Assembly: GCA_026391215.1 (NCBI GenBank)
Contig: JAPLDX010000034.1
Location: forward strand, 1-64,000
DNA length: 64,000 nucleotides
Reading direction: 5' to 3'
DNA from: Bacteroidia bacterium
GTDB taxonomy: Bacteria > Bacteroidota > Bacteroidia > Bacteroidales > VadinHA17
Shown here: in pieces, positions 57,789 through 64,000 of the stretch
How positions within the stretch are numbered: position 1 is the stretch's first letter
Layout of the letters: every line of letters starts with the position of its first letter
The notes under the pieces: model-generated
Databases searched by the model: none
What the model saw: only the letters and a program-made list of their open reading frames with translations
What the model was told of the DNA's origin: nothing
Position numbers and translations under genes: made by a program

Positions 57789-59063
57789 TTATTCTGATAT
57801 GGAAATAGATATGCCTCCTCCGCCGGAATTCCCGAACCTGGGATTAACGACATTATTGTAAATTGAACCGAAAGTATAGGTAAATCCGAAGCTTGTGAAG
57901 TATTCAAACTGAGTTGCCAGCTCTTTCCTCTGAAGCAATATCTGGTCGACAGGGATATCTTCCTTTACGAGGCCAAGCTGATCATGTACCATAGCAGCGC
58001 TTCCGACTAAAGTCACTGACAGTCCTTTAGCAATACGGAGATCAAGATATCCGAAGACGGAAAGATTGTTCTTTGACCAGTCGTGCAGATAGTTCCTGTA
58101 CTCAACAATTATATTAATGCTTCCCCATTTCTGAACTACTTCATACGAAGCAGAAAAGGCATGACTCCAAAGGCTTTCTTTTGTTTTATCATAGATTGTG
58201 GAGTCTAAATAGTTGGCATATGTAAATCCTGCTGTATAAAGGAGCCTTAACTGGCGCCTGGTGGATTCTGAATAAGGGAATACGTCATATTCAATTCCCG
58301 GCATTACCGAATAAGTAAATTTCTCATTGCTGTATGATGAGGTCCCCAGCCTGGCAGTGCCGCCAATAGACCAATGATCATTCAAACTTTTAACTATCAG
58401 AGCATTAAATGACTCTGATGAATTTTTCCCCGTGATCGTCGTTGTGTCATCTATTATAAACTTATCTTCACTCCGGCTAAGAGTTGAATTGAGATTTATC
58501 TTCCAATCTTCAGTTATTCTCGCCGCACTTACATTCCCTGAAAGATAATGTGATTTATAGGTCTTTTCGCCCTGAAGAAATCCGCTGACTGATGACCTGA
58601 AAACCCAGCTGTTCCATTTGTCTGTCGATATAGTTTCCGTCAATGGTTCAGTGAAGGAGATTTTCATATATTTTGCAAGCGGAGTTTTCGCAACATAACG
58701 CATCAGTCCCAATTTCAGAACACTAAGCCCTTTTTCTCTTCTGCCTTCATCGGTTTCATCAGGAGTAGTCACAAATGAAAGAGTATCACGCATTCCCGCA
58801 TACTCATGCTGTCCAACAAAAAAATAGGTATATTCAACACCCCCGGAGCCGGTGTTCTGATCTGTTGAAATAATATACACCCCTGCATCTTTTATGTCCC
58901 TGACATAATTTACATATGGTATCTCTTTCCTTATGAAATCAGTTGATTCCATAAATACATTCAGGGCATCTTTACGCAATGTATCTGATTGCGAAGTCGT
59001 TTCCTGTGAAAACAAAGGAAGAGCAAATAAGAGGCAGATTAGGAAAATAATGTTTCTTTTCAT
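57789..59063 (-). CDS. Putative outer-membrane beta-barrel protein, tandem paralog 1
   Basis: Signal peptide; amphipathic strands; same motifs as the downstream paralog. Confidence 0.75.
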   Translation of the reverse strand: MKRNIIFLICLLFALPLFSQETTSQSDTLRKDALNVFMESTDFIRKEIPYVNYVRDIKDAGVYIISTDQNTGSGGVEYTYFFVGQHEYAGMRDTLSFVTTPDETDEGRREKGLSVLKLGLMRYVAKTPLAKYMKISFTEPLTETISTDKWNSWVFRSSVSGFLQGEKTYKSHYLSGNVSAARITEDWKINLNSTLSRSEDKFIIDDTTTITGKNSSESFNALIVKSLNDHWSIGGTARLGTSSYSNEKFTYSVMPGIEYDVFPYSESTRRQLRLLYTAGFTYANYLDSTIYDKTKESLWSHAFSASYEVVQKWGSINIIVEYRNYLHDWSKNNLSVFGYLDLRIAKGLSVTLVGSAAMVHDQLGLVKEDIPVDQILLQRKELATQFEYFTSFGFTYTFGSIYNNVVNPRFGNSGGGGISISISE

Positions 59064-59159
59064 GGCTGGTTAGTTATTACTTTTTTAAAACGGGAATGAA
59101 ATTAACCAAACAATTAAATCTGCATGTACAAATAACACGATTTAACAAATCATTAACTT

Positions 59160-59195
59160 AAAAAGAGATCCGGCACCATTAAAGCACCGGATCTC
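59160..59195 (-). terminator. Intrinsic terminator of the pspC-padR-pspC operon
   Basis: Stem GAGATCCGG/CCGGATCTC followed by a T-run on the minus strand. Confidence 0.75.
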
Positions 59196-59231
59196 AGCGA
59201 AGAAATAAAGGAATGAAAAACCAGGAAGATT

Positions 59232-60752
59232 TTAAGGTTCGATATAATTAAGTCCGTCGTCCGTCATTCTCCAGAATCTTTGTTTTGGATCTGCAACGAA
59301 ATCATCATCGTCATATGAATGGAAAAGGCTCTCAATTGTTCTGTCCATATAAATTACTGTTCCAGCCGGAGCGAATACAGTAACAAACAGTTCATCAAAC
59401 GACCATCTGGAACCTGACGGGATTGTGCAGAACTCATCAAGCCGGAGGGTATCGCCTGAAACTTCAAAGTCGTACAGAAGCCTTTCAGAATTACGGATTG
59501 CATCCTGACGATTTCTCCCGATTGAAAGCTTTGTTATTTTTATATTGGTTAAGTTATTCTCATCAGGTGAAATATTGAGGTAAGTTCTAATATAAACTTC
59601 CTTCTTATCGTCGTCAATCATGATTTTGTAAGGTTCATCGGGAACAGATATTTCGTTTTCAGCAGGCAGATCAGAAAACTTCCTCCCGGACATAATATAT
59701 ATCGTATCCGATGAGGTGTTGAAATATTTGACTGAAGTTGTTTTTTCCGATTCGGCAAAACCGACTCCTTCGTTGAACAGAATGATCGCAAGCGCCGCGA
59801 TGGTCATTACCCATAATACCAGTGCTGCCAGCCAAATATATCCGTCACTTGCCCTGAACCAGAATATCAGCCTGACACCGCCGTAAATCAAAGCCAGAAG
59901 GGGCAGGGATACGGCTATTGTTAACAGGGCTTTTATCCATAATGCAGCTCCGGGTGATACAATATAATTCAGAAAATCAGGTAAGTAGCTCAGGTTCGCT
60001 CCTTCAATATCGGTCGAGAAAGCACCTGGATAATGGAAAATAAATACCATTATAAATGAAAGCAGGGCAAGGAATCCTGTGAGCACCAGGCATGTTCCAA
60101 AGATAATCAGCAAAACACGGACAATGATGAAAAGAACCCTTCCGAATGCCCTGAAAACCTGATTGGTCGCATTACCAATTTTTGATGTTGTAGCATACCG
60201 AGGTATCAACTCCCCATCCTGTGACCTTAACTGATTAAGCTCACTGCCGTACATTTCCCTTTTCTGTGAACTGTTTTTTGCAGAAGGAAGTGCGATCCAC
60301 AATGCCAGGTAAACAAGAAATCCAATACCGGCCATTAATGCAAAAACAACAAACAGGATTCTGAACCATACTGGATCGGTATCGGCATAAGCGCCTAATC
60401 CCCCGCAGACGCCGCCAATGACACAGTCATCAGGATTTCTGAATAGCTTTCTGGGACCTGAACCATGACGATATGAAGTTCCTTCAGTCCCTTCCTGATC
60501 AAAATCCTCGGGTTTGCCGATAACTGATATCATTGCTTCAACATTATCAGTCGAAATAATCCCTGCCATACCTTTCTGAGACTGGAAAATTTCAGCTATT
60601 CTGAATTCAATGTCTTCAATAGTTTCGTTGCCGCCGGGAGCATTTCTGAACTTCCGGTCAATGGCCTGCAGATAATCGCGCAATTTTTTGTACGCTTCTT
60701 CGTCGATCTGGAATAATGTTCCGCCGAGATTTATTTTTATTGTCTTATCCAT
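59232..60752 (-). CDS. PspC domain-containing membrane protein (long form)
   Basis: INLGG..F.IDEEAY..L..YL N-domain; LFRNPDDCVIGGVCGGLG, YLALWIALP; further TMs and a periplasmic domain. Confidence 0.9.
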   Translation of the reverse strand: MDKTIKINLGGTLFQIDEEAYKKLRDYLQAIDRKFRNAPGGNETIEDIEFRIAEIFQSQKGMAGIISTDNVEAMISVIGKPEDFDQEGTEGTSYRHGSGPRKLFRNPDDCVIGGVCGGLGAYADTDPVWFRILFVVFALMAGIGFLVYLALWIALPSAKNSSQKREMYGSELNQLRSQDGELIPRYATTSKIGNATNQVFRAFGRVLFIIVRVLLIIFGTCLVLTGFLALLSFIMVFIFHYPGAFSTDIEGANLSYLPDFLNYIVSPGAALWIKALLTIAVSLPLLALIYGGVRLIFWFRASDGYIWLAALVLWVMTIAALAIILFNEGVGFAESEKTTSVKYFNTSSDTIYIMSGRKFSDLPAENEISVPDEPYKIMIDDDKKEVYIRTYLNISPDENNLTNIKITKLSIGRNRQDAIRNSERLLYDFEVSGDTLRLDEFCTIPSGSRWSFDELFVTVFAPAGTVIYMDRTIESLFHSYDDDDFVADPKQRFWRMTDDGLNYIEP

Positions 60753-60780
60753 TTTCTGAATTTTTACGGTTTAAGATAAT

Positions 60781-61107
60781 TTACCCTTTGCGGATCAGAT
60801 TGACTGATTCAACAAGCTCTTCCCACGATCTGTCAAGATCGGTAAGATATTCCCTTCCTTCGGGAGTAAGCTCATAATATTTTCTTGGAGGGCCTTGCTG
60901 GGATTCTTCCCAGCGGTAGCTTAGCAATCCGGCATTCTTCTGCCTTGTGAGAAGAGGGTAGAGAGTTCCTTCAACCACGATGACTTTTGCCTCTTTAAGT
61001 TCCCTGATAATATCGCTCGCATAACAGGAATTCCTTGATAATACTGATAGGATGCAATACTCCAGGATCCCCTTGCGCATCTGTGCTTTTGTGTTTTCCA
61101 GATCCAT
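60781..61107 (-). CDS. PadR family transcriptional regulator
   Basis: QMRKGILEYCIL, EGTLYPLLTR, WEES..GPPRKYY.LT..G. Confidence 0.95.
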   Translation of the reverse strand: MDLENTKAQMRKGILEYCILSVLSRNSCYASDIIRELKEAKVIVVEGTLYPLLTRQKNAGLLSYRWEESQQGPPRKYYELTPEGREYLTDLDRSWEELVESVNLIRKG

Positions 61108-61159
61108 AATAATAGTTTTTAGGTTTTACACTTCATAAATAATCTTCCTGGTCCGTATT

Positions 61160-61750
61160 TTACAGCTTCATATTTTTCGTGACAGTATCGAATTCTTTTT
61201 TGACAGATTCCTTGATATTGTGAATGTTTACCGGCTCTCCCTTCATTTCAATCTTCTGGGAAGTGGTTTTTGCCTCGGGAATCACAATATAAAGGATGAG
61301 GTACAGAAGAATACCAAGTCCTCCCGCCATAGCAAGGGCAAGGAAAATGATCCTTACTATCCATGGTTCAAGGTTCCAGTAAGCGCCCATTCCTGCGCAG
61401 ACACCACCGATGATCCTTTTATCAGGATCCCGGTACATCCTGTGATAGGCTGGCGATGAAAATTTATCGCGGGCAGAGGTTCTTTCATTATTGGAAATGT
61501 CTTCCGGTGTTCCCAGGACAGATATTGCATAATGAACATCATCCATAGTGATCACATGTTTGTAAGCCGTTAATCTTCCCCTGAAGAGTTCAGCTACCCT
61601 TGTTTCAATATCAGAAAGTATTTCGGATGCACTCTCCTCTTCGGCGAAGTGAAGCTCAAGGTTCTTCAGATACCTTTTTAATTCGGCATAGGCATCCTCA
61701 TCTATATTGAATGAGTAGCCCCCGAGATTGATGCTGACTGTTATTTTCAT
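61160..61750 (-). CDS. PspC domain-containing protein (short form)
   Basis: INLGGYSFNIDEDAY, MYRDPDKRIIGGVCAGMG, YLILYIVIPEA, EMKGEPVNI. Confidence 0.9.
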   Translation of the reverse strand: MKITVSINLGGYSFNIDEDAYAELKRYLKNLELHFAEEESASEILSDIETRVAELFRGRLTAYKHVITMDDVHYAISVLGTPEDISNNERTSARDKFSSPAYHRMYRDPDKRIIGGVCAGMGAYWNLEPWIVRIIFLALAMAGGLGILLYLILYIVIPEAKTTSQKIEMKGEPVNIHNIKESVKKEFDTVTKNMKL

Positions 61751-61769
61751 GGTTCTTTTAAATATTTAC

Positions 61770-61839
61770 TACTATACTATACAAGTAACATGACAATACA
61801 AAGATATATAAATATATTAATACTATGCAATACATAGTA
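61770..61839 (-). promoter_or_regulatory. Promoter (-7 TATCTTTG at 61799-61806) with candidate PadR operator palindromes
   Basis: Perfect TACTATG-N5-CATAGTA at 61821-61839; degenerate copy TACTATACTATACAAGTA at 61770-61787. Confidence 0.7.
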
Positions 61840-62020
61840 GTAAAATAATTATACTATTTTTAATAATATTTTGTAAGAAACAGATAATGAGTAAGATATG
61901 GATTAAAATATTTTGTTAATTTTTTAATGATTTCTCTTTGGAAGGTTCTTTTGGTGGTTTTAACGCCATTTTTCTATCAAATGAACTCAAACCCTTTTTA
62001 TCCCCCTTTCTGCAAGATAA

Positions 62021-62202
62021 ACCTCTCCCCAACCCCTCCCCCAGAGAGGGAGGGGCTAATACATTCATAATGAGATAATTTCCCCTTCTCTCTTGGGAGA
62101 AGGGGGTAGGGGGATGAGATTTTATTAAAGGGAGGGTAATAATCTCATATTCAGGACTATATGCCCCATCTTTACGAAGCAGATAAGGGGTTGGGGGGTG
62201 AG
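62021..62202. repeat. Cluster of REP-like GC-rich palindromes
   Basis: cccctccc-ccagaga-gggagggg, ccccttctctc-tt-gggagaagggg and facing cctctccccaacccct / aggggttggggggtgag flanks. Confidence 0.65.
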
Positions 62203-62248
62203 TACATGTAATTTTATTCCCTATATTTATCCTGCTAATTTTATACTC

Positions 62249-63232
62249 ATGAAGAAATACAAATGGGGGATTCTTGCCCCCGGTAAGATGTCAGCTAAAT
62301 TCACAAAAGGTCTTAAGCTGCTTAAGAATACTGAATTATATGCAGTCGGTTCCCGTGATCTGAAGAGGGCAAGACTTTTTGCATCAGACTACGGATTTGA
62401 GAAATACTATGGAAGCTATGAAGAGCTGGCATCTGATAAATCGCTTGAAATAGTTTATATAGCTTCGCCCCATTCATATCATCATGAACATACAATGTTG
62501 TGTCTGCGAAACGGGAAGAATGTAATATGTGAAAAGGCGTTTGCACTTAATGCTAAAGAAGTCAAGGAAATGGTCATTGAGGCAAAGAAGCAGAATGTCT
62601 TCCTGATGGAAGCATTATGGCCCCCTTTTCAGCCATTTTATAAAAAGGCAAATGAAATTCTCAAATCAGGGATACTGGGGAAAATAGTTCATCTTGATGG
62701 TTATTTTTCTTTCATACCGCCATACCATCCTGATGACAGGAAATTCAACCTTGCTCTTGGAGGCGGCTCGCTCCTTGATATTGGCATCTATCCTGTTATT
62801 GACGCATTGACATTTCTTGGGGTTCCTTCAGATATAAAAGCCACTGCAATATTCGGAGATACAGGTTCGGAGGAATCGCTCAGTGTGATTTTCAGTTATC
62901 AGGATGGCAGGATGGCTTCGCTTTACAGCTCATTCAGGACAAACATCGGAATAGGATGTGAGATCTATTGTGAAAAGGGTAATCTGACAGTGACCCGGGG
63001 CAGGGATATGAATCAGAAAGTAATTCTTGAATTGCATGGCTCCGAAAAACAGGAATTTGTTTTCAATCCCCCGGCAATGGGTTATCACTGGGAGGGTGAG
63101 GAGGTGATGAAATGTCTTGATAAAGGGCTGATCGAAAGCCCTGTTGTCCCGCTCTCGTTCAGTCTGGACCTGATAAAAACACTTGACAGGATCAGAAAAG
63201 CTGCTGGCATCGTATTTCCCGGCAGAGACTAG
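62249..63232 (+). CDS. Gfo/Idh/MocA family oxidoreductase
   Basis: WGILAPG, VYIASPH, ICEKAFA, LMEALW, GGGSLLDIGIYP; likely start ATG 62249. Confidence 0.92.
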   Translation: MKKYKWGILAPGKMSAKFTKGLKLLKNTELYAVGSRDLKRARLFASDYGFEKYYGSYEELASDKSLEIVYIASPHSYHHEHTMLCLRNGKNVICEKAFALNAKEVKEMVIEAKKQNVFLMEALWPPFQPFYKKANEILKSGILGKIVHLDGYFSFIPPYHPDDRKFNLALGGGSLLDIGIYPVIDALTFLGVPSDIKATAIFGDTGSEESLSVIFSYQDGRMASLYSSFRTNIGIGCEIYCEKGNLTVTRGRDMNQKVILELHGSEKQEFVFNPPAMGYHWEGEEVMKCLDKGLIESPVVPLSFSLDLIKTLDRIRKAAGIVFPGRD

Positions 63233-63284
63233 AAAAAAGAAAAGGAGAGGGGGAGAAAGGGAGAATTAGATTGCAAGACAAATT

Positions 63285-63935
63285 ATGTCTGATATTAAAA
63301 CCGAAAGTTCATTTTACAGGAAAAAATTTCTCCTTAGCCTGATCATTCCCGGAACGTTTGTATTCCTGATGTGGCTGGTTAAGATCATCGAGGTACTTTT
63401 CGAAATTGATCTTTCAGGTCTGGGGATTTACCCGTTATCGGTAAAAGGAGTGCCGGGAATAATCTTTTCTCCGTTCATTCACGGCGACTTCACACACCTG
63501 TTCAATAATTCATTGCCACTTTTGCTGCTCTCTATTGCCCTGTTCTATTTTTATTCAGAAATAGCATTAAAAGTATTTACATGGACATATTTTCTGACGG
63601 GGGTGCTTGTCTGGTTCGGAGGCAGGGCGGCATGGCACATTGGCGCCAGCGGACTTGTATACGGGCTTGCCTCATTCCTGTTTTTCAGCGGCATCATACG
63701 TCGCTATTTCAGGCTTATAGCATTGTCCCTGCTAGTGGTTTTCCTATATGGTGAAATGGTATGGGGCATATTTCCCGGAGTATATAAGAATGTATCCTGG
63801 GAATCCCATATGCTTGGTTTTTTTTCAGGAATAGTACTCGCGGTCTGGTACAGGAAGGAAGGACCGCAAAGGCCGGTATATAAATGGATGGATGAGGAAG
63901 AGGAGAAGGAGGGAAAGGGAGAAGAGGAGAATTAG
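63285..63935 (+). CDS. Rhomboid family intramembrane serine protease
   Basis: PFIHGDFTHLFNN, HIGASG, SWESHMLG. Confidence 0.92.
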   Translation: MSDIKTESSFYRKKFLLSLIIPGTFVFLMWLVKIIEVLFEIDLSGLGIYPLSVKGVPGIIFSPFIHGDFTHLFNNSLPLLLLSIALFYFYSEIALKVFTWTYFLTGVLVWFGGRAAWHIGASGLVYGLASFLFFSGIIRRYFRLIALSLLVVFLYGEMVWGIFPGVYKNVSWESHMLGFFSGIVLAVWYRKEGPQRPVYKWMDEEEEKEGKGEEEN

Positions 63936-64000
63936 TATGAAGTAATTATATTATATTGCATTATTGGTGAAGAAACTCTGAAATGGATTTGTCGGTAGTA

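Noticed and set aside
193-62546. Short ORFs overlapping long genes on the opposite strand or another frame (e.g. 4711..5106, 16859..17413, 39437..39991, 51378..51995)
   Set aside because: Shadow ORFs of well-supported genes with no recognisable motifs.
63233-63935. Purine-rich 8-mer runs ending ggagaattag on both sides of the rhomboid gene as a mobile-cassette boundary
   Set aside because: Low-complexity sequence; a 10-bp match is not enough evidence.
1-64000. Complete DGR (RT, template repeat, Avd)
   Set aside because: No RT-like ORF and no AAC-rich non-coding copy of any FISUMP/DUF1566 3' end was seen; only a target-like signature is reported.
1-64000. CRISPR array, tRNA, rRNA or riboswitch
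   Set aside because: No regularly spaced identical repeats or recognisable structured-RNA motifs seen by eye; a covariance-model search would be needed to exclude small RNAs.

Overview
Bacteroidota chromosomal segment, probably an uncultured Bacteroidales, judged from TAnnTTTG -7 promoter boxes and the gene families present. About 50 genes, mostly on the minus strand. I found no rRNA, tRNA, CRISPR array, integrase/transposase or reverse transcriptase. The first ~12.8 kb is an accessory surface-protein locus. It holds two paralogous signal-peptide fibre genes that share an N-terminal QGFNYQAV...VPYA domain and a 3x ~39-aa KGGFAIGG repeat shaft but end in different tips: a FISUMP C-type-lectin fold in one, YadA-like head plus S74 chaperone in the other, which is broken by a 38-bp deletion. 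The locus also has a 4xFN3-FISUMP-DUF1566 lipoprotein whose FISUMP domain has a codon pattern resembling a DGR variable repeat, a secreted caspase-family protease, and a duplicated 116-bp promoter block. The rest is mostly ordinary envelope, carbohydrate and stress genes (Tat-signal tldD with pmbA, hflKC, DegV-DAK2, GH16/28/106, crtI-crtB, Ca P-type ATPase, mscL, rubrerythrin, pspC-padR-pspC). It also contains a stand-alone, apparently foreign half-PurL enzyme with a Cys-rich insert. Several intergenic gaps contain short decayed pieces of recognisable genes (sigma-70, acylphosphatase, GH28, DUF2141, YjgR/DUF853). All family calls come from motif recognition by eye; no searches were run.
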